This document shows positions 1 to 8,915 of a stretch of DNA of 64,000 nucleotides, one piece after another. The stretch covers positions 8,574 to 72,573 of the forward strand of contig PWGV01000183.1 of assembly GCA_003554585.1 (NCBI GenBank). The letters run 5' to 3'. The translations under genes and the position numbers were made by a program. A model generated the notes under the pieces. The model searched no databases, was not told the origin of the DNA, and saw only the letters and a list, made by a program, of their open reading frames with translations. Source of the DNA: Halobacteroidaceae bacterium (GTDB lineage: Bacteria; Bacillota; Halanaerobiia; B1SED10-174). Position 1 is the stretch's first letter, and each line of letters opens with the position of its first letter.

Positions 1-137
1 AGAGAAGTTTTTCCGATTGGAGAAAAGGGATTTTGGTTTGCAGGTTATAAGGGTGTGTAAATGCCCGAGAATTTTAAGAAAAATTCTCAGGTTGGTTGAA
101 GGTTTCGGAAAACCAAAACTATTCAGGAGGATTAACC

Positions 138-1400
138 TTGCTTCCCAAAAGTTTCAATGCTGCGATTCTTTTTTCTGCGGGTGTCATGTTGTTGGTTGTT
201 TTTGCCGGAAGCCAGGTCGGATTGGCTGAAAAAAATGTTTTAATTGTGGACAAAAACACTGAAGCGGAGGTTTTGTTCCCCATACTGTTCTTTCCGCTTT
301 TTCAATCCAGATTTACAGCCAGATCTATGAAGGTCTTGTAGGACCCTCGAGTGAGGGGGAGATAATTTCCGAAATCGCTGAATCCTGTGAGATTATTGAC
401 GATACAACCTATCGTTTTGACCTCAGGCAGGGGGTTAAATTTCATAATGACCGGGAAATGACTTCCAAGGATGTGAAATACAGTTTTGAAAGAATGACCG
501 ATCCAGAAGTGGGTTCGCTTGCTGAAACCTATTTTGAAATGGTAGAGGAAATTGAAATCCCCGATGATTAAACTGTTTTTTTCCACCTTGAGGAACCGTT
601 CGCGGATTTCATGATTAATGTGACCCACACCTATGCAAATATAGTTCCCCGGGAGGTAGTTGAAGAACCCGAGGACTTAATGAATGTTGCTGTTGGGACC
701 GGACCTTTCAAAATGGAAAAATGGGTTCCTGATAATTACACTCTGCTTGCGACATATGAAGATTATTATGAAGGAGGGGTTCCCTATGTGGATGTAGGTT
801 GTTATGTAATAATGGAAGACGAATCTGCTCAGATGGCTGCCATAAAAACTGGAGAAGTTCATGTTAATGATATTTCTCCAGAAGGAGCCCAGATTTTAAG
901 GGGGAGGCCGGGTCTTAATGTAATAGAATAACCGAGTTTTGATTACAACTACTGGGCTTTTAATGCAACCGGACCGCCTTTTGATGATCCCAAAGTCCGG
1001 CTAGCAATGAGCTATGCAATTGACCGGGAATTAATTTGGGGAAATTGCCTATGATCGGTTTGTCCAGGTGACCAGGCCGGTCCCCCTCGCAGGAATTATG
1101 GGCTGTTGATGTTGATTAATTTCCCTCTTATGAATATGTTCCCCAGAAAGCTCAGGAATTGCTTGTTGAAGCAGGGTACGGATACGGACTTGAAATAAAC
1201 ATTACTACTTCCAGCGCCCACCCCTACATTGTGGAAACAGCAGTTGTAATCCAGGAACTTTTAATGGGAGTTGGGGTAGATGTGAAAATAGAAATGCTGG
1301 AATGGGGAGCCTATATTGATGCCTGGGTTAATCGGGATTATCAAAGTATGGTAGGGTTAAATGGAGCTGGAACCACCCCCGAAAGAGCCCTGTATTTCTT
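138..1400 (+). pseudogene. Family-5 (Dpp/Opp-type) ABC substrate-binding protein, decayed
   Basis: AGGAGG then TTG at 138 and a signal peptide. SBP5-like segments (IYSQIYEGLV, GTGPFKMEKWVP, FDDPKVRLAMSYAIDRE, LLVEAGYGYGLEI) are spread over three frames. In-frame TAA at 569-571 and 929-931. Family similarity ends near 1390, so the C-terminal part is missing. Confidence 0.8.
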
Positions 1401-1968
1401 TTTCCATTTGCTTCACCTTACCTGGCTGGGGACTGTCCTGGTTGCTTTTGCGGGGTTGGGGGATTTCATTTACCTGGGTTTTGACCTGCCTCCTTCTTTT
1501 TACCTGGCCCGGGCGATATTTTTGGGGCTGATTTTCTTAATGTTCTCTGTTGTATTGCAATGGTTAACCTCTGGGGTAGGAAAAAGGGAAGTTTTCTGCA
1601 GAGGTTATTCTTTGCTACGGTTACAGGAGCATCCCTTATCTTATTTTTGGGTTTTTGGTACTACCGTTTTCCCTTTTTTGATTAATCCGGGAAAATTCTA
1701 ATTTAAGTCTAATGAATTTTAAGCTTCCTGGTGTTCCAGGATGCCCTCTGGGACCACGCCCCAAAGCAAAAAAATGGGGCCATAAAGGGATACTAATAGG
1801 CCTGGAAGGCCTATTCCTGGCTGGGATCTGGTTAATGCCACCCGGAGGGCTGCCCGGGGCAGCTGTAACCGGGAAATGGGCAGTGCAGAGGATTTGCAAA
1901 AAGGAAGGAAAAGAGTTTAGGTTTTGATTAGTTTCTGGGAAAAATAATAAATTTGGTGGGGGCTATAA

Positions 1969-2595
1969 ATGGATGGAATGAAAATTGAACTTGCTGATCA
2001 AAACACTATTGAAAAAGGAACTGAAGTATTACTTGGAGCCTTTTTAAATGAGGGCTTTACAAGTTTTATCTTTGATTTTTCTAAAAAAAACACGAAAAAA
2101 TACCTTTTCCGGGCTTTTTTATTGAAGTCCAGATTAAACCTGGAAGCCGGGGAAAAGATTTTCCTGGCAAAAAAGAATGGGGAAATTGCAGGGATCGTGT
2201 TATTAAAAAGAAACCGTAAAGTTCCCAGGAGAAAGTTATTAAAAATTATTTTTCCCGACATATTTAAGATTCTTCCCCTACTGGGGAAATTTCGTTTCGG
2301 CAATGTAATTCCAGGGCTGAAAAGCCTCAAATTCACTGAAAAAATAGAGGAACCTTTCCTTACCCTGGAAGCGGTTAGTGTTGGTAGAGAATTTCAGGGT
2401 ATGGGAATGGGAAAAAGGCTTTTAAATAAAATCCATGAAATTGCGGAGAAAGATCCCGAAATAAAAGGGGTTTACCTTTTTACTGCGGATAAGAAGAACA
2501 AAGAAATATATGAAAATTTTGGCTATGAATTAATTGAAGAAGCAACACAGAAAGGTATAACAGCATATCACATGTTCAGGAAAAACTGGAAATAA
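1969..2595 (+). CDS. GNAT family N-acetyltransferase
   Basis: 208-aa ORF. Acetyl-CoA motif A, REFQGMGMGKRLL. GGTGGGGG SD upstream of the ATG. Confidence 0.8.
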   Translation: MDGMKIELADQNTIEKGTEVLLGAFLNEGFTSFIFDFSKKNTKKYLFRAFLLKSRLNLEAGEKIFLAKKNGEIAGIVLLKRNRKVPRRKLLKIIFPDIFKILPLLGKFRFGNVIPGLKSLKFTEKIEEPFLTLEAVSVGREFQGMGMGKRLLNKIHEIAEKDPEIKGVYLFTADKKNKEIYENFGYELIEEATQKGITAYHMFRKNWK

Positions 2596-2640
2596 AAACC
2601 CCGATAAAATTTTTCCAATAGCCTGCGGGAGGGGATACAG

Positions 2641-3558
2641 ATTACTGAGGATTTAGAAAGAAAAGTTTACGGTTATTTTGGAAAAGAAGGCTTAAAGTGG
2701 CTTGAGGAAATTCCAAAAATAAAAGAGGAATGTATTAAACTATGGCAGTTAGAAAACCTTTCAGAATCTGAAATTATGTTCGCAAATTACATTTCTTTCT
2801 GCAGGTCCAATCTGTACGGAGAAGTAGTTTTGAAAATAGGTTTTCCCCATCCAGATCTCTTCTCGGAAATGGAAGCTTTGCAAATTTTTGGTGGTAGGAA
2901 GATAGTCAGGCTTCTAGATTTTAACCGGGAGTTTGGAGCTCTTTTGCTGGAAAGAATTAGGCCAGGTGATAACCTGACTACAATAAAGGAGAGGGGCGAG
3001 CGGCTCAAAATTGCTGCGGAAATTTGTGCGGATTTGCCAATCCCATGGGAAAGAAAAGGGAAAATTCCCCTGCTCCGAGAACTGGCAGAAAAAGCGTTTG
3101 CCGACCTACCCAAAGCGGGTAGTGCCGGGGAAAAAGTTCAGGAATTGGTTATTTCTGCCCGGGAACGGCTGAGGGAATTTGCCGAGGAGATGCCTGATTT
3201 TCTTCTTCACGGTGATCTTAACCACTGGAATATCCTGAAAAATGAGAGAGAATGGAAGGCTATTGACCCCAAAGGATATCGGGGCCCAGCCTGCATGGAG
3301 GTAGGTCGCTTTATGATCAATGAATTAAGCATGACTCCTCTCTTGGAAAAAACGGAGTGCCTGGAGGAAATGGTAAATGTTCTCAGTGAAAAAATTGACC
3401 AGACCAAAACAAATATATCCCGAGCCGCTTTTATTGATAAGGCTTTGAGTTTGACCTGGAAATTTGAAGAATATAACCGTGGAGATCTTTCCCCGGATAT
3501 ATCTGATCTGGAACTCCTGGCAAAATTTTCGCAAATCCAGGAGGAAAAAGAAGGGTGA
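2641..3558 (+). CDS. Aminoglycoside/hydroxyurea-resistance-type kinase (APH(6)-like phosphotransferase)
   Basis: Catalytic loop LLHGDLNHWNIL and IDPKGY. The first ATG is at 2776, but the frame is open from 2623 and the upstream 45 codons look like part of the family N-terminus. GGGAGGGG SD lies 6 nt before ATT at 2641. Confidence 0.7.
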   Translation: MTEDLERKVYGYFGKEGLKWLEEIPKIKEECIKLWQLENLSESEIMFANYISFCRSNLYGEVVLKIGFPHPDLFSEMEALQIFGGRKIVRLLDFNREFGALLLERIRPGDNLTTIKERGERLKIAAEICADLPIPWERKGKIPLLRELAEKAFADLPKAGSAGEKVQELVISARERLREFAEEMPDFLLHGDLNHWNILKNEREWKAIDPKGYRGPACMEVGRFMINELSMTPLLEKTECLEEMVNVLSEKIDQTKTNISRAAFIDKALSLTWKFEEYNRGDLSPDISDLELLAKFSQIQEEKEG

Positions 3559-4057
3559 AAAAAATTCTTGTAATTGGGCCAGGGGGACCAGGGAAAAACT
3601 TTGTTTTCCCGGAAACCGGGAGAAAAGCTGGGAATTCCCGTTGTTCATTTGGATAGTCTATACTGGAAACCGGATTGGGAACCAAGTTTACAGGAGGAAT
3701 GGGATGAAATTATTAAAACCCTTGTAAATAGCCCTACCTGGATCATTGATGGAAATTTCAGCCGAACTTCTGTACCCCGCTGAAAAAAGCCGATACCGTT
3801 TTCTTTTTTGATTTTTCACGTAGAATTAATCTTTACAGGGCAGCAAAAAGAAGAGTAAGGTATTGGGGAAATAATAGACCTGATTTAAATCCCAAATACC
3901 CCGAAAAATTGGACCTGCCTTTATTTTGGGTAACTGGAACTTTAAAAAGAGAAAACGAGGGGATTTATTGAAAAAACTGAAAGAATGCGGGAAGAATAAA
4001 AGGATTATTTTTTTCCAAGCCTCCAAAATGGTTGAAAAATACCTGGAGAAATTGTAA
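3555..4057 (+). pseudogene. DNA topology modulation / adenylate-kinase-like P-loop protein (FlaR-like), frameshifted
   Basis: GTG overlaps the upstream stop. P-loop VIGPGGPGK, then the reading frame must switch three times (A5 run near 3593, C run near 3778, G run near 3955) to give GKTLFSRK..VVHLDSLYW..ADTVFFFDFSRRINLYR..RPDLNPKYPEKLD..MVEKYLEKL. Confidence 0.65.
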
Positions 4058-4059
4058 AA

Positions 4060-4092
4060 AAAAGACCTGCTTTTAAAGGCGGGTCTTTTTTC
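4060..4092. terminator. Bidirectional rho-independent terminator
   Basis: Hairpin AGACCTGC-TTTTAAA-GGCGGGTCT flanked by an A-run and a T-run, between convergent genes. Confidence 0.6.
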
Positions 4093-4094
4093 TC

Positions 4095-4739
4095 CTAGAC
4101 CATACTTAGGGCCGTGAAAAGAGCAATGTTGGCAAGAATGTGGGAGTAAACCGTATAGCGAATGGAACCTGTTTTCATTGCAATATAGTTCCAGCATAAG
4201 CCAAATATTGCACCTCCACCGAGTAAAATGAAAACCTGTTCAATGTTCCAGGGTTCAGTGGCAAGAAATGGTCCCAGGTGCCAGGCTCCAAACCCAATTG
4301 CAGGGTAGATAACCCCGCAGAACAATTTTTTTGGGAAAAGCCTGATAAAAGCTCCCCGCCAGAGGATTTCCTCCAGCAACCCGTTCCATAAAGACATTGG
4401 GATAGCGATTAACATCATCAGAAGAGTGGATTCTGGCCAGAGAGCACGTTCTCCTTCAAAAGGGCCGGTAAAAACAACGGAGAGGATTACGGGTATTGCA
4501 AGGATTATTACACCTAAAAAGGCTTGTTTTCTCAAAGGTTGTTGGACCTTTAATAGGACTTGTTTCAATTGTCCCCAGCCCATTAACCAGACTGGAAAGG
4601 CAAGGCACCAGAAAAGCCAGTAGAGGCCGTAACCCAGTGAAAAGGAAACCATGTGTTGGAGTTCACTGGTCCAATGCATTACCAAGTAAACACTCAGGGG
4701 AACAAAAATTGGAGCAAGAATTAAAGCTGCTTTTTTCAT
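4095..4739 (-). CDS. CPBP family intramembrane glutamic endopeptidase (CAAX protease-like)
   Basis: EEILWRGAF, FGAWHL and HILANI motifs. Multi-TM. AAGGAGG SD before MKKAALIL at 4739 (the ORF extends to 4817). Confidence 0.75.
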   Translation of the reverse strand: MKKAALILAPIFVPLSVYLVMHWTSELQHMVSFSLGYGLYWLFWCLAFPVWLMGWGQLKQVLLKVQQPLRKQAFLGVIILAIPVILSVVFTGPFEGERALWPESTLLMMLIAIPMSLWNGLLEEILWRGAFIRLFPKKLFCGVIYPAIGFGAWHLGPFLATEPWNIEQVFILLGGGAIFGLCWNYIAMKTGSIRYTVYSHILANIALFTALSMV

Positions 4740-4753
4740 GCTAGGGTACCTCC

Positions 4754-5806
4754 TTAAAAAATTATTCCGATAATAATAGCCAGGGTTACTCCCAGAGGAA
4801 TTAGGATGCCGCCCCATTTAATGGAAAGCGTGCTTTTTCCATCGGGATAAAGGGGAGTTTCAGGATCATAGTACTTTTGCAGGCTATCAATTACAGGTGT
4901 TTCAGCTCCTGCCCCTTTCAGGATGATCATAAGTTCGTCAGTTAAAACTTTGAGTTCATCCCGAGCCGCCCGGGGATGGCCTTCAATACTTGATTTAGCC
5001 ATTTCTTTACGCATAACGATCTCAACTAATTTAACAAAAACAGGCTCGGGGATTAATTCAACGATGCGCAGGAAAGAAGGGCTGGGAGGGATCCCGACAT
5101 TTTTCCGGAGTCCCCGCATTGCTTCTTTTATTCCCCTGACCCCTAAAATCTGGAGGTCCCGGGTCCGGGCAAGACGCTTCATGCTGATTCCTGCAGCATA
5201 CAACGCCGGGGCAAAAGCAGGCATTAAAAGGGCCACGTGGTACTTTAACCAGGCTTCCATATCTCTTCGAACCTGAACCTTATAACCCCGCATGGATCCT
5301 AATACCGAAGCTATCTCCCGTGTTCTTTCCCTGACTTCACCATCAACCTCTCCGATGGGAATGGTCCAGATCTTTTTCTCATTAACCGGGGCAATTTTCA
5401 TAATGTGTCCTTCTCTTTCCCCGCCGGGGTAAGGGAAACCCAGGAGAACTCTCTTTTGGCCCAGGGCTTTAATCCGCTTTTCTGGCCCTTCAGCGTTATT
5501 TAGCATGAACAGAAAAGTTTTTACTTCTTTGTTTCCGGCCAGGGTAGGGATAATTTCATCTGCCTGGTTTTTGCGCATGACTACCATTACAAGGTCATAA
5601 TCATCTTCAGGTTTTAAGGATTTAACAGGAGTAACTCTGGCAATTTCTTTCTTTTCCGATCCCTCTTCTTGAACTACAATTCCGTGCTTTTTAATATCTT
5701 CGAGGCGCTGGTTTCGAGCAAGAATTGAAACATTGTGTCCTGCTTCATGTAGTCTTGCTGCCATTAAACTCCCCAAGGGTCCAGCACCAAATACTAGAAT
5801 TTTCAT
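4754..5806 (-). CDS. Ketopantoate reductase (ApbA/PanE)-family NAD(P)-dependent oxidoreductase with C-terminal TM helix
   Basis: N-terminal Rossmann motif MKILVFGAGPLGS. Family-like length plus a hydrophobic C-terminus, GILIPLGVTLAIIIGIIF. Confidence 0.6.
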   Translation of the reverse strand: MKILVFGAGPLGSLMAARLHEAGHNVSILARNQRLEDIKKHGIVVQEEGSEKKEIARVTPVKSLKPEDDYDLVMVVMRKNQADEIIPTLAGNKEVKTFLFMLNNAEGPEKRIKALGQKRVLLGFPYPGGEREGHIMKIAPVNEKKIWTIPIGEVDGEVRERTREIASVLGSMRGYKVQVRRDMEAWLKYHVALLMPAFAPALYAAGISMKRLARTRDLQILGVRGIKEAMRGLRKNVGIPPSPSFLRIVELIPEPVFVKLVEIVMRKEMAKSSIEGHPRAARDELKVLTDELMIILKGAGAETPVIDSLQKYYDPETPLYPDGKSTLSIKWGGILIPLGVTLAIIIGIIF

Positions 5807-6043
5807 TTAACACCAACCCCCTTTGAAATTTGCTTCGATTTTTATTAAACTAACTCCCAGATCCCGAATACGATTAATGCAACCGAAGAAAGCTGCCTGA
5901 TCCTGGATCAGCCCGAAAAGGAGGGAGTTTCCTTCTGGTGTGTGTTGGGCTTTTAGTCCGGCGAACCATTCTGACCAGTCGGGATCTATATGCCCCCTGA
6001 TCCAAATTTTTAGTTTCACCTGATTTTTTGCCAAAGAATTCAT
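5807..6043 (-). CDS. Small conserved hypothetical protein (RGHxDxxWSxWF...DQAAxxGxxNRIRDLG type)
   Basis: GGAGGTG SD before MNSLAK at 6043. Abuts the downstream oxidoreductase gene. The sequence pattern is recognised from memory as a widespread uncharacterised family. Confidence 0.55.
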   Translation of the reverse strand: MNSLAKNQVKLKIWIRGHIDPDWSEWFAGLKAQHTPEGNSLLFGLIQDQAAFFGCINRIRDLGVSLIKIEANFKGGWC

Positions 6044-6144
6044 GTCGCACCTCCTGGAATGTTTCTTGCAGATCCATAATAATATTTTGGGGGCCAAAAG
6101 AGAACTGACGAAAGTTAGGTTAGGGTTAGGGAATGGGTTGGTAA

Positions 6145-6180
6145 ATAAAAAAACCGGGAAGCATCCCGGTTTTCAAAAAA
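6145..6180 (-). terminator. Rho-independent terminator downstream of the MalT-like gene
   Basis: On the minus strand: AACCGGGATGCTTCCCGGTT followed by a U-rich run. Confidence 0.65.
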
Positions 6181-6201
6181 AGGTTATTCAATTATATTTT
6201 T

Positions 6202-8889
6202 TTATTCTTCCCTGATCAGGTTCAATTCCCTTGCCCTGGCAATTGCTTCAGCCCTTCTTTCAACCAGGAGTTTGGTATAGATGTTACTAATGTGCCACTT
6301 AACTGTACCCACGGAAAGGAAAAGCTTATCAGCAATCTTCTGGTTGGATAATCCCCGGGCCAAAAGCTGTAGAATCTCCATTTCCCGTGGGCTCAGCCTG
6401 GTGACTTCCGAGGGAGTTAAAAGTTTCTGCTGGCCGTTGGTCCATTTTTCCCCAAGTCTATGGAGAATCCTGGCTGCAAATCTGGAAACCTTTCTTTTGG
6501 CAGGTATTCTGGAAAGAAGTCTTATAATTTCCTCTCCCTCGTCAAGGAAAGGTTGGATAAAGTTTTCGCTGCTTCCCAGGTTCAAGGCTTCGGTAAGATA
6601 GGAAATTGCTGAATTCTTATTATCTTTTCTACAGGCAAGTTGGGCCTTTAAAAGCAGGATTTCAATCTTAATTCCCCTTGCCTCGATTTGGGAGAGATTA
6701 TTTTCCAGGGTATCCAGAATTCTTTCAGCGGTTTGCAGGTTCCCTTCACTTATTTCCAGACGGGCCAGGACCAGGTGGATTGTTTCCTGCCCAAAGGAAG
6801 GTTTGTTTTCAGCAGAGGGTTTTAACCGGGATAGATAGTCCCGGGCCAGGGAGAAATCCCCTTCTTCGAGATAAATCCGGGCTCTCCAGGTAGAAACCAA
6901 CTGGCCAATGACCGCAGGCAGGCCGTCCTCACGCTGGATTTTTGCCATTTCTCCCAGGAGTTCCTGGGCTTTTGCCAGCTCTCCCGAGGAGAAACAAACC
7001 AGGACCAGGCAATACTGGCACCAGGCCAAAATTTGTTTTTCGGGTTGGCATATTTTTATAGCTTTCTTAATTTTATCTCGGGCCTTCTCCAGTTCATTTT
7101 GATCTTTATAAATTAAACCCTCAAGTGCAAGAAGGGGCCCGGTTCGGGGCATATTTGTGAGGTGGTTTTCTTCAGCATATTTAAGAATTTCGGTGCAAAT
7201 CTGGTGGGCTTCTCCCAGACGGCCCCGGTACCAGTGAATATTGCCGAGTTTCCAGCCCGCGAGTAACGTGGAAAAGTGCTGTCCGCTTTTTTTGGCCAGG
7301 GCAATAGCCCTTTCAAACTCTTCCGCAGCTTTATTCAAATCACCTTCCAGGGCCAGGGCGTCTCCAGCAGCCAGGGCTGCAAAACTATGCCATAGGGTTT
7401 TTTCCGGGGGCAGTTTTTCTTGGACTTCCCTGCTCCGGGTAACAATGGCCCTGGTATCGTTCTGGAAAATGGAGAGATAAGTCCTGATTAGGGCCAGCAT
7501 TCCCTCGAATTCCTTCCGTTCACTTTCATCGGTAATCTGGATCTCAGGGGCTTCTTCCATAAAGGAATCCAGCCCTTTTAAATTACCCCTAATGATTAAA
7601 AACAGGGCTTTATAGGCAAAAAGGCGAGGAAAAATTTTCAATAGATCGGAAGGGATTTTTTCAAGCCACCCGGAAAACCTCCTGTTGCCCTCCTGCTGCC
7701 AAATAAAGTCAGGATCCTCGTTAATTATTTCCAGGGCCCACTCCATGTTATCAAAGGCCAGGGCGTGTTCTACAGCCTGTCCTGGCTCCCCTCTTTCCAG
7801 GAAGTGGCGGGCGGCCCTTTCGTGCAGGGCTGGGAGCAGATCTTCATCCCGAATGGAAAGCTGAAAATTTAAAAGCTCAGCAAAAAGTGGATGGTAGCGG
7901 TATTTGAAAACATCTGGATCGACAGGGGTTAAAAAAAGGTTTTGATTTTCCAGCTTAATTAGGATCTCCCCGCTGTCCCCTCTACCCGTAATAGCCTGGC
8001 AGATGGAAGGATCCAGGGTTTTCAATATCGAGGTCTGTAAAAGGAAATCCTGGATTTCCGGGGGTTGCTGGGATAGGACCTCTTCTGTTAAAAAGTTGAG
8101 GATATGGCGGTGGCTCCCGGTAAAGTTCCGGATGAAAGACCGGAGGTCCTTCTGGTTTTGCATCGAATGGGCAGCCATCTGCAGGCTCGTAACCCAACCC
8201 TCTGTTTTCCGGGTTAAATCACTTAAGTCCTCCTCGGTAAGGTTTTCCAGGCCGAATAAATCCAGGAACTCTTTTATTTCATAAGGAGAAAACCGCAGGC
8301 GGTCACCGCGGATTTCCGTCAGCTGTCCCCGGGCTCGCCAGCGGGCCAGAGGCCAGGGTGGATCAGCCCGAGAGGTAACAAACAGTTGAATATGGGGAGG
8401 CAGGTTCTCAATGAAAAAGGAAAGGTTTTCCTGGATTGTTTTTTCTTCGATAAGATGGTAATCATCCAGGATCAGGAATAAGGGTTCGTCAATTTCAACA
8501 AGTTCGTTTAAAAAGGAGACGAGCAAACTTTGTTCAGGAGAAAATTCAGGGTTGGGGGCCCCGGCCTGAATATTCTCCAGGGCAAAATCACCCAGACCTG
8601 GTTCGACTCTCTGCAGAGCAGAAATAAAATAGGTCCAGAAAAGGCGGGGATCATTATCACTCTCATCCAGGCTGTACCAGGCTGTTCTCCCTTCCCATTT
8701 TGCCGCCCACTGCAGGGCAAGAGTCGTTTTTCCAAACCCGGCTGGAGCCGAAATTAAAATCAGTTTGCGGGGATATCCCCGGGCAGGAGTAGGGCCTTTT
8801 TCAATCTGTTCTAAAAGGCGGGTCCTTTTTACCAGCCCTACCGGTTGAGGTGGTGGAGTTATTTTAACTTTCAGTAACCTTCCAGCCAT
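6202..8889 (-). CDS. MalT-like STAND ATPase / LuxR-family transcriptional regulator
   Basis: 895 aa. Walker A APAGFGKTT and Walker B LFLILDDYH. Long TPR-like helical middle region. C-terminal LuxR HTH (LSPREMEILQLLARGLSNQKIADKLFLSVGTVKWHISNIY). Confidence 0.85.
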   Translation of the reverse strand: MAGRLLKVKITPPPQPVGLVKRTRLLEQIEKGPTPARGYPRKLILISAPAGFGKTTLALQWAAKWEGRTAWYSLDESDNDPRLFWTYFISALQRVEPGLGDFALENIQAGAPNPEFSPEQSLLVSFLNELVEIDEPLFLILDDYHLIEEKTIQENLSFFIENLPPHIQLFVTSRADPPWPLARWRARGQLTEIRGDRLRFSPYEIKEFLDLFGLENLTEEDLSDLTRKTEGWVTSLQMAAHSMQNQKDLRSFIRNFTGSHRHILNFLTEEVLSQQPPEIQDFLLQTSILKTLDPSICQAITGRGDSGEILIKLENQNLFLTPVDPDVFKYRYHPLFAELLNFQLSIRDEDLLPALHERAARHFLERGEPGQAVEHALAFDNMEWALEIINEDPDFIWQQEGNRRFSGWLEKIPSDLLKIFPRLFAYKALFLIIRGNLKGLDSFMEEAPEIQITDESERKEFEGMLALIRTYLSIFQNDTRAIVTRSREVQEKLPPEKTLWHSFAALAAGDALALEGDLNKAAEEFERAIALAKKSGQHFSTLLAGWKLGNIHWYRGRLGEAHQICTEILKYAEENHLTNMPRTGPLLALEGLIYKDQNELEKARDKIKKAIKICQPEKQILAWCQYCLVLVCFSSGELAKAQELLGEMAKIQREDGLPAVIGQLVSTWRARIYLEEGDFSLARDYLSRLKPSAENKPSFGQETIHLVLARLEISEGNLQTAERILDTLENNLSQIEARGIKIEILLLKAQLACRKDNKNSAISYLTEALNLGSSENFIQPFLDEGEEIIRLLSRIPAKRKVSRFAARILHRLGEKWTNGQQKLLTPSEVTRLSPREMEILQLLARGLSNQKIADKLFLSVGTVKWHISNIYTKLLVERRAEAIARARELNLIREE

Positions 8890-8915
8890 TTTGCTTGCCC
8901 CCTAACGGGTAATAT

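Noticed and set aside
569-931. In-frame TAA codons as evidence of stop-codon reassignment
   Set aside because: TAA terminates many intact genes in the window. The same gene also carries frameshifts and a truncation, so ordinary nonsense mutations in a pseudogene are the simpler explanation.
1743-1895. Assignment as a bona fide TPP or cobalamin riboswitch
   Set aside because: Only the P4/P5-like arm of the THI box is present. CUGAGA is missing, the B12 box (AGYCMGGAGACCKGCC) is absent, and the downstream gene is unrelated to either cofactor.
1636-1927. 87-aa (minus) and 71-aa (plus) ORFs in the GC-rich intergenic segment
   Set aside because: Both are Pro/Gly-rich translations with no SD. They overlap each other within a region that folds well as RNA, so I treated the region as a possible RNA element or relic.
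3826-4197. 123-aa minus-strand ORF
   Set aside because: It runs antisense across the 3' part of the topology-modulation pseudogene and through the bidirectional terminator, so it is not credible as a gene.
6202-8889. STAND NTPase as an antiviral Avs/NLR-like defence protein
   Set aside because: It has a C-terminal LuxR DNA-binding domain and no nuclease, protease or other effector domain. This is classic MalT-type regulator architecture.
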